This document shows, in pieces, positions 33,976-45,283 of a stretch of DNA of 64,000 nt. Position numbers and translations under genes: made by a program. The notes under the pieces were generated by a model, which ran no database searches, was not told the DNA's origin, and worked only from the letters and a program-made list of their open reading frames with translations. The first letter of the stretch is position 1. Each line of letters begins with the position of its first letter. Source of the DNA: an uncultured Planctomycetota bacterium (GTDB lineage Bacteria; Planctomycetota; Planctomycetia; Isosphaerales; Isosphaeraceae). The stretch is taken from contig CAWGMQ010000010.1 in NCBI GenBank assembly GCA_963823665.1, positions 480,001-544,000 on the forward strand, read 5' to 3'.

Positions 33976-35871
33976 GTGGCTGAAAAGCCTCGACTTCTGG
34001 TAATTGATCGCGACAGCTCGCATGAAAAGTCGAGCCTCGGCCACCTTTCCGAATCATTCGACCACGTATCGGTGCGCTCGGTGGCGAAGGCCCTCGCGCT
34101 CTTGCGAGACCAGAGCTTCGACGCCGTCTTCGTCGATGCCTCGCAATTCTCGGCCCTGCGCTGGGTCGGCATGGTGATGCAGGCCGGCGAGATCCTCGAC
34201 GCGATCTCCGACGGCGTCGCCGTCGTTGATCCGGATTTGAGAATCATCTGGGCCAACCCCGAATTCCAGTCGCTCTGTGGGTCGAATGAGCCAAAGGTGG
34301 GCAGTTCTTTCTACGACGCGCTCGGCAAGGCCGAAACCCTGGGATCGGAGCCCTGCGCCTTCGCTGTGGCGGTGGCATCGAAGGCGTCTGCCAGCACGGC
34401 CCTCAAGCTCGCCGGGGGGCGTTATATTCGCCTGACGGTCACCCCCGTCTTCGACGCCGCCGGCTCGCTCACGCACATGATCGCCCTCACGCGGGAAACG
34501 ACCAGCGAGACCCAGCAGCAGCTCAAGGTCGATGCCATCCACGAGGCTGGCGACGAGCTCGCAGACCTGAGCCCGGCCGAGCTCGCCGAGATGACCGTCG
34601 AAGAGCGGACGGACTTGCTCAAGTATAACATCAGTCGCCACATGAGGGACCTCCTCGGCCTCGATTTCATCGAAATCCGGCTGCTCGACCGCACCACCAA
34701 CCGGCTCATCCCCCTCCTGACCGAGGGCATGACGCCCTTGGCCGCCAACCGTGAGCTCTATGCCCGCGTCGACGCAAACGGGGTCACCGGCTTCGTCGCG
34801 GCCACCGGCAAGACCTACGTTTGCCCCGACACAACCAAGGATCCTCGCTACATCGAAGGCGCGGCAGGCTCTCGCAGCTCCCTTACTGTCCCGCTCACGA
34901 TCCACGGCACCGTGATCGGCACGCTCAACGTCGAGAGCCCGCAGCCGGGCGCGTTCGACGAGCGCGACCAGCAATTCATCGAAATCTACGGTCGCAACAT
35001 CGCCGCGGCGATCAACACCCTCGAGCTCTTGCAGGCCGAGAAGCTGACCACCGCCCGCACCCAGGTCGAAGCCATCAACCGCGAGCTTGCCCTTCCCCTC
35101 GACGACATCATCGCCGATGCCACCACCGTGCTCGACCGTTACGCCGGCCATGATGAAGACATCATCTCCCGGCTCCGCCACCTGCTCTACCGGGCAAGGG
35201 AAATCCGCAGCTTGGTCCACAAGGCCGGTACCGTCCCTTCCGGTCCCAGCCCCATCCAGGCCCCGCCCGGTCCCGCGCAGCGCTTGAGTGGCACGCGTCT
35301 CTTGGTCGTCGATTTCGACGAGGCGATCCGCAAATCGGCGCATCATCTCCTCGGTTGCCAGGGTGCAAGCGTCGAAACCGCCCACGACGCCAAGGAGGCA
35401 ATCGCGCTCATGCGCCAGACCGCCTACTCGGCGGCGCTGGTCGATATCCGCCTGCCGGATCTCGACGGCTACGAAGCGTTCAAGCGCCTCCGCGAAGTCC
35501 AGCCGAGTGTGCCCATCATCCTCATGACCGGCTTCGGCTGGGACCCAACCCATTCCATCGTCAAGGCACGCCAGGAAGGCCTGCAGACCGTGCTTTACAA
35601 ACCGTTTCGCGCCGACCGCTTGATGGAGGCCGTCGAGCAAGCCCTCCGCAGCGTCACCCCCGGCCGCACCGCCGCCGGTGCTCCCCAGGTTGCTGCCGCC
35701 CCGCCTCAAGCGCCGGCACAGGCTCCCACCCCAACTTCCGCCACTCTATCGCCTGCTTCTACACCGTCCGGCTCGAATTCCCACCCACCCACTCCCCTCT
35801 CATCCTCCGTCAATCCGGCCGAGTCAGAGACCGCAGCCCATTCGCCCGGCAAGGCACCGCAAGATGAATGA
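33976..35871 (+). CDS. PAS-GAF-receiver signalling protein
   Basis: ILDAISDGVAVVDPDLRIIWAN (PAS), GVTGFVAATG...GTLNVES (GAF), LVDIRLPD...MTG...KPF (REC). Confidence 0.88.
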   Translation: MAEKPRLLVIDRDSSHEKSSLGHLSESFDHVSVRSVAKALALLRDQSFDAVFVDASQFSALRWVGMVMQAGEILDAISDGVAVVDPDLRIIWANPEFQSLCGSNEPKVGSSFYDALGKAETLGSEPCAFAVAVASKASASTALKLAGGRYIRLTVTPVFDAAGSLTHMIALTRETTSETQQQLKVDAIHEAGDELADLSPAELAEMTVEERTDLLKYNISRHMRDLLGLDFIEIRLLDRTTNRLIPLLTEGMTPLAANRELYARVDANGVTGFVAATGKTYVCPDTTKDPRYIEGAAGSRSSLTVPLTIHGTVIGTLNVESPQPGAFDERDQQFIEIYGRNIAAAINTLELLQAEKLTTARTQVEAINRELALPLDDIIADATTVLDRYAGHDEDIISRLRHLLYRAREIRSLVHKAGTVPSGPSPIQAPPGPAQRLSGTRLLVVDFDEAIRKSAHHLLGCQGASVETAHDAKEAIALMRQTAYSAALVDIRLPDLDGYEAFKRLREVQPSVPIILMTGFGWDPTHSIVKARQEGLQTVLYKPFRADRLMEAVEQALRSVTPGRTAAGAPQVAAAPPQAPAQAPTPTSATLSPASTPSGSNSHPPTPLSSSVNPAESETAAHSPGKAPQDE

Positions 35872-37021
35872 CTGGCAACGGCCGGTCGCGCTCTTGCTCG
35901 TTCTGCCGGCCGCGATCGGGCATGTAGCCCACTTCGTGCTCTTGATCAACGTGGCCAGCGGCCTGGGTTATCGCGAAGCCCTCATGGACCGCGTCCGATT
36001 CTGGATCTTCGCCGCACTCTGGGTTTCGTCCGCCGGTCTGCTCTGGATGCATCTCCACGACCCATTCTGGAACTGGCCCTGGCCTCTCTTCGGTTATGCG
36101 GTCCTCTGTGTGATCTCGGGCACCATCATCTTGCCGCTCGCCTCGCTCTACCTCGCGCTGCGCAGGCGCCCAGCGGGAATCACCGGCTCGTCCCGCACGG
36201 TTTACCTCGCTCTCGAAGAAGGTCGCAACGCGTTGATCGGCACCGGAAAACACTCCTGGCTTTTGCACTTGCCGGGCCAAGATTCGTTCCGCCTCTGTCT
36301 GCGCGAATGGGAGGTTGTCGTGCCCGCCCTGCCGGCCTCGCTCGATGGTCTCCAGATCGTCCAGCTCAGCGACTTCCACTTCGCCCGTAGTTTCGAGCGC
36401 CGCTACTTCGATCGGGTCATCGACGTTTGCCGCGAGTCGACCGCCGACCTGCTCTTGGTCACCGGCGACATCATCGAAACCGACGACGTGATCGACTGGA
36501 TCGAGCCCGTTCTCTCACCACTGAGCGCACGCCTCGGCAAGTTCGCCGTTCTGGGCAACCACGATCACCAGCACCATCCGCACGACGTGGCAGACGCTCT
36601 CGTCCGCAGCGGGTTTGTCATGCTCGAGGGTCGATGGACCACGCTCTCCGCGGGCGGGTCCACCATCGCTTTGGGCGGCACCTCCGCCCCCTGGGGCCCA
36701 GCAATCAACCCGCTCGCCGCGCCGCCGGCCGATCTCCGCATTCTCCTGAGCCACTCGCCCGACCTCCTCTATCAAGCGCAGGATTGGGGGGTGGACCTGA
36801 TGTTCTCCGGCCACAATCACGGCGGCCAGATCCGCCTCCCGCTGGTGGGCGCCGTCTTCATGCCCAGCCGCTACTCGCGGCGCTTCGACCGCGGATTCTT
36901 CCGCGCCAAGACCACGCTGCTCTACGTGAACGAGGGCATCGCCGGCAAGCACCCGGTTCGATATGGCTGCCCACCGGAGATCAGCCGATTCGTGCTGAAG
37001 CAGAAACCTCGAATTGAGTAG
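35864..37021 (+). CDS. Membrane-anchored metallophosphoesterase
   Basis: SDFH, TGD, GNHD, SHSP, GHNHGGQ. Confidence 0.92.
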   Translation: MNDWQRPVALLLVLPAAIGHVAHFVLLINVASGLGYREALMDRVRFWIFAALWVSSAGLLWMHLHDPFWNWPWPLFGYAVLCVISGTIILPLASLYLALRRRPAGITGSSRTVYLALEEGRNALIGTGKHSWLLHLPGQDSFRLCLREWEVVVPALPASLDGLQIVQLSDFHFARSFERRYFDRVIDVCRESTADLLLVTGDIIETDDVIDWIEPVLSPLSARLGKFAVLGNHDHQHHPHDVADALVRSGFVMLEGRWTTLSAGGSTIALGGTSAPWGPAINPLAAPPADLRILLSHSPDLLYQAQDWGVDLMFSGHNHGGQIRLPLVGAVFMPSRYSRRFDRGFFRAKTTLLYVNEGIAGKHPVRYGCPPEISRFVLKQKPRIE

Positions 37022-37109
37022 GTCAGGCTTTAGCCTGACGATTCCATTATAATCTACGGATGCCGTTGCGGAGATGCCCTTACCTGGATTCACTCGGAGT
37101 TCCGCGGCA

Positions 37110-37805
37110 ATGCCGTCACCATTTCCGGGGATGGACCCATACCTGGAAAAACCAAGCCTCGGGCGAGATGTCCATCACGGCTTTATCTCCGCTTCACAAG
37201 CACTGCTGAACGCACAATTGCGTCCCAACTACTTCGTGAGGATCGGCGAACGGACTTACATCGATGATGAGTCGGTCGTGATTTCCGGTCGACGCGTGGC
37301 GCCTTCGAACGAGGAGCTTCGCGACCCATTCCTGAACATCGTCGACACCGAATCCCGCGATGTCGTGACGGTCATCGAGCTCCTGAACCCGACGACCAAG
37401 ATTCCCGGCTCCAACGGCCGCGAGAGCTTTGAACGGCACCGGCGTGAGGTTCTTTCCTCTCCCAGCCATTTGGTGGAGATTGACTTCCTGCGTGGGATTC
37501 GCATTCTACCCGTTCCGGCGGAAGTCGCAACGCACGATTACGTCGCGCTTGTCTCGAGAAAGGGCTCGCGGCCTCAAGGCGAGCTTTATCCGATTCGCTT
37601 GACCGAGCGGCTTCCGGCAATCGCGATCCCCCTCAAAGCCGGCGACCCCGACGCGCGGCTCGATCTTCAAGCCCTGATTGAACAGACTTATGATCGCGCC
37701 GGGTACGACCTCGAAATTGACTATAACCAGGAGCCCGACCCACCGCTCTCGGCGAATATGGCCGCGTGGGCCGATCAGATGTTACGCTCGAAGGGGATGC
37801 GCTAG
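37110..37805 (+). CDS. DUF4058 family protein
   Basis: MPSPFPGMDPYLE, VTVIELL, HLVEIDFLR, LPAIAIPL. TATAAT lies upstream. Confidence 0.88.
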   Translation: MPSPFPGMDPYLEKPSLGRDVHHGFISASQALLNAQLRPNYFVRIGERTYIDDESVVISGRRVAPSNEELRDPFLNIVDTESRDVVTVIELLNPTTKIPGSNGRESFERHRREVLSSPSHLVEIDFLRGIRILPVPAEVATHDYVALVSRKGSRPQGELYPIRLTERLPAIAIPLKAGDPDARLDLQALIEQTYDRAGYDLEIDYNQEPDPPLSANMAAWADQMLRSKGMR

Positions 37806-37853
37806 GTCCGCGGTCGGTTCCACACAAATGGTTCTTTGACCAAGGAGGGTTCG

Positions 37854-40494
37854 ATGTGGCTTATTTCGCGCCAATTCACCGCTCTTGCACTTCTCGCGGC
37901 GGCACTCCTTCCCTCGCCGAGCGAGGCCAAGGCATTCGGCTTCCCCACGCCCCCGCCGGTACTGGACCCGAAGACGTACGTCTCTCCCTCGGGACGATAC
38001 ACCCTGCTCGTCGATCCCAGCAACATGCACGGCCGCGGTCTCGCGACTTACCGATTATCAAAGAATGGACATGAAGTCTGGTCCGGTGAGAAAGCCTTTT
38101 CGCTCTGGGACGCCCGCGTGACCGACGAAGGGGTTGCGGCTGGCTACGCCTATTCGGAAGGGCCGCTAGGCTTCCGGATCCACGGCGACTTTCACGTCGT
38201 CATACTCGCCGAGGATGGTACCATTCGCCTGGACCATGTCACGAAGCGCGAGGGGAGGCGCCTTTGAGAACGGCGTACCGAACCCGGTCGCGAAAGGGAT
38301 CGTGCTCGATGAGGCTAACGACCGGCTCCTGATTCGCATCGCGGACCCGGACCTGAATCAGAACCTCGAATCCTGGTGGATCTACCGGACCTCCACGGGC
38401 AAGCAACTGACAACCGTGCGCCCATACCAGCAGATAACCCAGAAACCGCCCAGGAGATCCATCCTTCCGGAGAAGTCCATCGACCAGGTAGAGCTTGTAT
38501 CGAAGACCCCGCTCACGCTCCTGAACTGGTCGTGCTATGACATCGAGAAACTCGAAGAGCGCGGTGCGCAGTTCACGCTGATCGATCTCGACGCGCGCCC
38601 CGTCTGGACACTTCGCCTGGAGAAAGGCGGCGAGATCGCCGCATGTCCGCGCGGCGGGCACTTCGCCCTCATCGATCGCTCCACAAACCAGAGGATCGAG
38701 TTCTCGACCCGTCGCGGCGTGAACGGGCAATATATGATCACGGAGATCCACCGGGAACCGGCGCCTCGGCCCGTCACCGCGCAGCCTTCCACCGCGATCC
38801 GCGATCGGCCGCTCCGGTCTCTCGGCCGAATCGAATTGCGAAGACCGGCCCGAGCAATTCCGTTGCCGATCCAGCGGGTTCACGACTTCGTCATCGACTC
38901 CCACGGGAGGATCGCCTTCGTCAATGAGAATGCGAAAACAACGAGCCTCATGCGGGTCGATGCGTCCGGAAAGACTTGCGGCTCCCTCTCGCTCGACGCG
39001 GTCGAGGGAGGAGGGAATTCAGAGCTCCTGTTCGCTCATGTCGGCGGCGAGCGGTTTGTCTTGATCAAATCAACGTCTGAGCACGGCAATTGCGCGGGCA
39101 CAACTTGGTGGGCGGACTTCACGACCGGCAAGACGACCGCGATTACTAATTTTGATCGTTCGCACGTCGCCTATGTCGCCGGTTTCCTCGACGGCAGGTT
39201 CGCAGTCGGTGCATGGGATTGCGACGAGGGCATCACCGCCTTCGACGCCCAGGGCAGGAGAGCTTGGTCACAGCGGTCCGATCCTTTGGCAAATGGTCGC
39301 ACGCTGATGCGCCAGAGCCCCAAAGCACTGACGGTCACCACCACCGGAGAGGTCGTGGCCCTGGAAATCGACAGCAAGTCCGTCTACCGTTTTGACCAAA
39401 ACGGACGGCATCTCGGTACGCTCGACCTCGCGAAGGCCTGGGGCCGCGAGCCCAACGACCCGACCGGGATCGAGGCGGACAAAGCCGGCGGCTTCATCAT
39501 CTCCGATTCCAAGGGCTCGCCGCCGGTTGTTCGCATGAACGCCGATGGATCAGTTCGAGCGGCGTTTCAACCGCGGCACCCCGACGGTCGAGGCACCGGA
39601 ACCGAAGTGAAGGTCGCCCCCGACGGACGGCTCTGGACGTGTGACGGCCGTGCGCTCCTGCGTCTCGACGACGCCGGCGTGGTCGATCGGGTTCTCAGCG
39701 ATCCTCCGGACCCCGCGCAACTCGAAAGGATCTCGGCGCTCGAGGTCGACCAGACGGGCCGGATCTATGCGGCCGATTGGCGGACCGGCGCGGTCCACGT
39801 GTTCAATCCCCGCGGACAATTCCTTCGCACCTGTGCGCCGAGCCCGACTGACCTCGAGGGCCACTTCGGCGGTGAACAGCTCACAGTGTCTGACGACGGC
39901 CACGTCTATCTCGGCCTCGGCGATTTTGTGAACAAACGGGCCGGCCAGTACGTCCATTTCCTCCCCGACGGAACCCGACAAGGCATCGAGACCCTCGCTC
40001 TCGATAGCATCAGACAAGACTGGCACCTCCAGCCAGGTACGGCTAATCGTTGGGTCGTCACCTACGAGAACGTCCTCCTCGCCGACCGCGCCGGTACGAT
40101 TCTGAAAACCATCGACCGCTGCCCCGACCGGAAATGGCTGGAATACCCCGGTGAGGCGTCTGTCGCACCCGACGGATCGCTTGCGGTCGTCGCCCGCAGC
40201 GCTGTAAACCTCTACAGCGCGACCGGAGACCCGATTCGCACCATCCCCATCCCCGCCCAGTTCGAAGGCTCGCACGCCCCGATCGCCTACAACGGCAAGT
40301 GGGTCGCACTCTGGGACAAGAGCGGCGTCATTCTGTTCGACTTCTCGAGCCAGAAATGGCGACAGTTCTCGCTCCGCAGCGAAGTTGTCAGTGTCCGCTT
40401 CGGCTGCAGTCTCGCCCTGGCACCAAACGGCCGCGAGCTGCTGCTCCACTACGGCGGAAGCACGATTGCCCGATACGAGTTGCCGCGAGCTTGA
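37854..40494 (+). CDS. Secreted NHL/beta-propeller protein, frameshift near 38250
   Basis: AAGGAGG RBS, signal peptide, repeats such as VDQTGRIYAAD...VHVFNPRGQFL. Confidence 0.75.
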
Positions 40495-40509
40495 TCGCCA
40501 GCTCAGCAA

Positions 40510-42633
40510 TCAAATAAACACACGTCTGTTATAAACATACCACTCAACCAGCAGCACCCCCAGCACGAGCAGCGCGAAGTACCACCAGATGTCCTTGCGC
40601 ACAACCGGGGGCTTCTGGGTTCCCTTCACGGCGTTGTAGCCGATCTTGATCTTGTAGCTTTCAGCCAACGAGTCAGGTGCGCCGAAAGGCACAATTCCAC
40701 GCGTGGCCAGATCGCTTTCACGAACGTCGAAGATGTTCACCGCAAACGGCAGGCTGCCGTTCTTCTCCCACTGGGCCAGGTAAACGCCCGTCTTGTCCGC
40801 CCGGTTGAAGACGAACGAGCCTTGCGGCGAGCGCGTCACGGTCTCGACGGTTGCTCCCCCCAGCGGGGCCACCGTGATCGACTTCCCAGCGGTCTCCGGG
40901 TGCAGCACGATCGGTGCCCCCGGTTCGGCAATCTCTTCGCCGGAACCTTCACGCACGTTGCCCAGGTTCTGAAGTGCATTGATCACGAATAAAGGAAAGC
41001 TGATAAAGCGAAACCACGTCGTGTTGGGGTTCACTCCGTCCATCAAAGGAAACGTCACCACGGCGTCGGTATAGCCTTCCCGCGGCGCGACGAACGCCAG
41101 CGAGCCCTGGTTGGAGTCGACCAGACTCTTGGCGCCGTTGGGAAGCTCGACCGTCTGTGCTTTCGCGACGACGATCAGCGAGAGGTCACGAACGTACTGC
41201 ATGAGCGGATGGCCGATGTCCACGTCGAGCACGACCGGCTGCACCACGTCTTTGGGCTTCGCATACTCCGGGCCCACTGGGAAAACACCGAAGTAGAGGG
41301 CATTGGCCGGCGGAGCGCTCTCCGGCTTGACGCCGTCGTAGATGATCAGGTCATAGCGGCCGCCACTGATATCGCGGGCAACCGCCGGGGTTTTGAGCTC
41401 TTCGGCGCGACGATCGTCACATCCGCCCGTTCCGCTGCGGCCGGGGTCTTGAGCGTATCGGTCAAATACCGGTCGCCCGCGCTCACGGCCAGCACCTGCG
41501 CCTTGCGGGTCGTTCCCGCGATGGTGTAGGCGTGGTTGTCGACTTCAAGCGCGTCGCTCACGGTCAGCCGCACTTCAAGCCCGGTCAGCTCCGACTCGGG
41601 CAGATCAAACTTGAACGATTGGTCGCTCTGCGCCGGGATTTTGAGCGCGATCGCGTCGATCAGCTTGGTTTCCTCGCCGCTCTTACCGGTCGATAACCGA
41701 TAAAGCTGTGCTTCGGTTTCCACCTCTTCGGCGCGGAAATTCCGCACCCGGCCGAAGAGCTGGTAAACATCCGGCTTCTCTTCATCGCGGCGTGTTTGAA
41801 GCGCGAGTATTCCGACGTTGTCCGACGGGTTCGACTTCTTGGCGTTCGAATTCGTCGGCACAGCCTCGCTGGGCGCCGCCGAGTAGGGCGGCGGTGGAGT
41901 CCCGATCACCACCACTTCAGGCTCGAGATTGCCCAGACTGAAACCCTCGACGTCCTCAAATCCACCGTCCGTGTAGATATAAAGTTTGGGCGTGATCACC
42001 GACGAGGCAACCACCCCCTCGCCGATCTGCTTCGACGGATTCGCGAGCCCGGCCGCCACTTGCAGCCCGTCGCGCAGCGAGGTGTCGCGCCTGCGTCGGC
42101 TCGATCGCATCAATCCGGCTCGCCAGCGTCCGGCGATCGCTCGTGTAGTTCGAAACGACCTGTGCCGAATCGGCGAACTTGATCACCATCGCCAGGTCGT
42201 CGCCCTCCATGTCGCTGACCACCTTCTTGGCCTGCTCCTTCGCTTTCGTCAGCCGTGACTGGCCTAGATCGGTCGCCGACATGCTGGCCGAGCAGTCGAT
42301 CATCAGCACGAACCGCTGCCCCTGTCCGGCCGTCCCCTTCATCCGCGGCCCGGCGAGTGCCAGCATCGCAAGTGCAACCGCCAGAAGCTGCAGAAAAAGC
42401 AGCAGATTGCGCCGCAGCCTCTGGAACAAGCTGTTCACGTGCAGGTCTTCCAGACTCTTGCGCCAGAGGATGGTGCTCGGCACGCGCACCGGCCTTCGCC
42501 TGAGCTTGAGAAAATAAAGCGCAATGATCCCGACCGGCACGCCCGCCACCACGAACCACAGCGGTATCGACAGCGGCGAGCTGAATTCCCATGGCAACCG
42601 GAACGAGCTCACCCGAGTCCACAATCCCGACAT
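40510..42633 (-). CDS. BatA/vWA domain protein, frameshifted
   Basis: LYFLKLRRRPVRVPSTILW, MIDAS DCSASM, IYTDGGF, C-terminal EWYVYNRR. Confidence 0.88.
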
Positions 42634-42805
42634 CGCCTCACCTCATCTCGCTAGCTCACGTTACAGTTCCGCTTCCGACCGCCCATCCCCCGCCCGCAGC
42701 CCCTTGCGCCGTCGAATCATCATATACACGATATAAGCGATCAACGCCCCAGCCAGCGGAAAGAAAATCAGCGGATTCTTGATAGACCAGTCGTTCATTC
42801 AGCAC

Positions 42806-43792
42806 CTACTTGACCAACCCCCGCTTGCGCAAATAATTAAGGATAAGCTTATCAAAAGGATACTGATTGCTCGTGAAGATATACGTGATCCCCCGCTGCG
42901 TGCACCACTCCTTGATCCCCCCCACAAACGCGTTCAAATTCTCCTTGTACCGTTTGATCAAGGGCGCGCTCACCGTAATCTCGGCAATCTCGTCGTCCTC
43001 GCAGTCGACCAGCCGCAGATCCCCTACCATCGTCGGGTCGATCTCCTCCTGCGATAGGACTTGAATCACGTAAATATCCATGTTCCTCGCCAGCAGGTAC
43101 CGCAGCGCATCCTGATACCCGCGTTTATCCAGAAAATCCGAGATCACCACCACCACCCCTTTGCCTGCATGCCGGATGGCGAACTCCCGGGCCGCCGTGG
43201 TCAAGTCGCTCGAGCCGGTCGCCTTCAACTGGTCCAGGTACTGGACCACCCGCCACATCTGCGACCGCCCGCGGATGCCATGCAGCCCCCGCTCCAGCCG
43301 CGCGCTGAACGTGTCGACCAGGATCCGGTCATGATTGCAAAGCCCGATGAACGCCAGCGCCGCGGCCACCTGCTTGCCATACCGCAGCTTCGTCGGCGTC
43401 CCGAAATCCATCGACAAGCTGGTATCCAGCACCGCGTAGACGTGCAGGTCCTCTTCTTCCAGAAAGAGCTTGAGAAACAACTTGTCCAGCCGCCCATAGA
43501 CATTCCAGTCGATGTGCCGCATGTCGTCGCCGACGGCGTAATTCCGATGCTCGGCAAACTCCACCGACGAGCCCCGCCGCTTGCTCTTCCGCTCACCCTT
43601 CATCCGCCCCACGAAGATCCGCTTGCTCACCAGCTCGAGCTGCTCCAGCTTGTGCAGGAACTCCGGCTCCAGCAGCGGTCCGGTCGAAGAAGTAGCAGGC
43701 GAGCTTGCCGCCGCCCCCTCCGCGGCCTCCGCGCCAAGAGCCTTGCCTGTCGCGCCCAGTTCGCTCACCGCCGTGGTTTCTGTTCCGCTCAT
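42806..43792 (-). CDS. DUF58 protein
   Basis: GSSVEFAEHRNYAVGDDMRHIDWN, DTSLSM, ISDF. Confidence 0.92.
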   Translation of the reverse strand: MSGTETTAVSELGATGKALGAEAAEGAAASSPATSSTGPLLEPEFLHKLEQLELVSKRIFVGRMKGERKSKRRGSSVEFAEHRNYAVGDDMRHIDWNVYGRLDKLFLKLFLEEEDLHVYAVLDTSLSMDFGTPTKLRYGKQVAAALAFIGLCNHDRILVDTFSARLERGLHGIRGRSQMWRVVQYLDQLKATGSSDLTTAAREFAIRHAGKGVVVVISDFLDKRGYQDALRYLLARNMDIYVIQVLSQEEIDPTMVGDLRLVDCEDDEIAEITVSAPLIKRYKENLNAFVGGIKEWCTQRGITYIFTSNQYPFDKLILNYLRKRGLVK

Positions 43793-43868
43793 TTCAGTCG
43801 GTTCCTCGGTCTGCCTCAAACACCCCGCGGGTGGGCTCTTGAAAACTCATGTGAAGAAAAGAAGAAAC

Positions 43869-44258
43869 TCACCCGTAATAGTCCGAAACCCAGAACAGCA
43901 TGAGCATCACGCTGACCGCCACGCCCAGCCCGACCAGCCACGGCACAATCGCCGCCAGGAAAATCAGCCAGCGCAGCTTGAGCTTCAGCGGCCGCGTCCG
44001 GTGCATGAAGCCCAGCGCCGTGAACCAGCTCTCGAGGATCACGAGCGAGCCTGCCGCCGCCGTGCAGATCGCCAGCTCCGGCTCGTTTCGCCAGGCCAGG
44101 AGCGAGCCGCCCAACAGCACCGCGCACAGCCCGATCAGACACGCCAGGTCGCCCGCCGTGAAGACCAGGCGCTCGGGTTTGGGAGGAACATAGTCCTCGG
44201 TTAGTGCCGGCGGCGGGTCATATCGGTCACGCATGGCTTTCCTGTTCCGAAGCATCAA
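43869..44258 (-). CDS. Small membrane protein in the MoxR operon
   Basis: Overlaps the MoxR stop codon. Three hydrophobic segments. Confidence 0.65.
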   Translation of the reverse strand: MMLRNRKAMRDRYDPPPALTEDYVPPKPERLVFTAGDLACLIGLCAVLLGGSLLAWRNEPELAICTAAAGSLVILESWFTALGFMHRTRPLKLKLRWLIFLAAIVPWLVGLGVAVSVMLMLFWVSDYYG

Positions 44259-45283
44259 GCCACCGCGCGCTCTTCGGCCTTCTCGGGCACCGAGTCCAGC
44301 ACCTTGAGCAAGACCTCGTCGGGGTCAATACCCTCCGCCTGCGCTTCGAAGTTGAGCAGCACCCGGTGCCGCAGGCTCGCCAGATAAACACGCCGCAGGT
44401 CCTCGAAGCTCACGTTGAACCGCGCGTCCAGGAGCGACCGCACCTTGGCCGCCAGCACCAGGGTCTGTGCCCCTCGCGGACTGCTCCCCCACCGGATGTA
44501 CTTGTTCGTGACGTCGGGCGCAAAAGGCCCGCGTGGGTGCGTCGCCAGCGCCAGCCGGATCGCATAGTCCTGCACGTGAGGCGCCACGATCACTTCCCGC
44601 ACCAGTGATTGCAGCGTGATGAGCGTCGGCCCGTCCAGCACCTTCTCGGCCCGCGGCTTCTCCCCGCGCGTCGTGCGGTCGATGATCGTCGAAAGCTCCT
44701 CCCGCGTCGAATAGCCCACCACCAGCTTGAGCAAGAACCGGTCGAGCTGCGCCTCGGGCAGCGGATAGGTCCCCTCTTGCTCGATCGGATTCTGCGTCGC
44801 CATCACAAAGAACGGCTCCTTGAGCCGGTGGATCTTGCCCCCCACCGTCACCGAGTGCTCCTGCATGGCCTCGAGCATCGCCGACTGCGTCTTCGGCGTG
44901 GCGCGATTGATTTCATCCGCCAGCACGATCTGCGAGAAAATAGGCCCGGCCTGAAACTCGAAAACACGGCGCCCGTCAGGCAGCTCCATCACGATGTTCG
45001 TGCCGATGATGTCCGCCGGCATGAGATCCGGCGTGAACTGGATGCGGTTGAAATCCAGGTCCACCGCCTCGGCCAGCGTCCGCACCAGCAGCGTCTTGCC
45101 CAGTCCGGGCACGCCTTCCAGGAGCGCATGACCGCCGATGAACAGGCAGGTAAGCACACCGTGGACGATCTCGTCGTGGCCGACGATCACCTTGCCGATC
45201 TCACCCTTGACGCGATCATACGCCGTGCGAAAACCCTCAGCGCGGGCTTCGATCGATTCCTCGGGAAACGTGCTCATGCTCAT
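44255..45283 (-). CDS. MoxR-family AAA+ ATPase
   Basis: GVPGLGKT, RIQFTPDLMPADI, LADEINRA, TQNPIEQEGTYPLPEAQLDRF. Confidence 0.95.
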   Translation of the reverse strand: MSMSTFPEESIEARAEGFRTAYDRVKGEIGKVIVGHDEIVHGVLTCLFIGGHALLEGVPGLGKTLLVRTLAEAVDLDFNRIQFTPDLMPADIIGTNIVMELPDGRRVFEFQAGPIFSQIVLADEINRATPKTQSAMLEAMQEHSVTVGGKIHRLKEPFFVMATQNPIEQEGTYPLPEAQLDRFLLKLVVGYSTREELSTIIDRTTRGEKPRAEKVLDGPTLITLQSLVREVIVAPHVQDYAIRLALATHPRGPFAPDVTNKYIRWGSSPRGAQTLVLAAKVRSLLDARFNVSFEDLRRVYLASLRHRVLLNFEAQAEGIDPDEVLLKVLDSVPEKAEERAVA

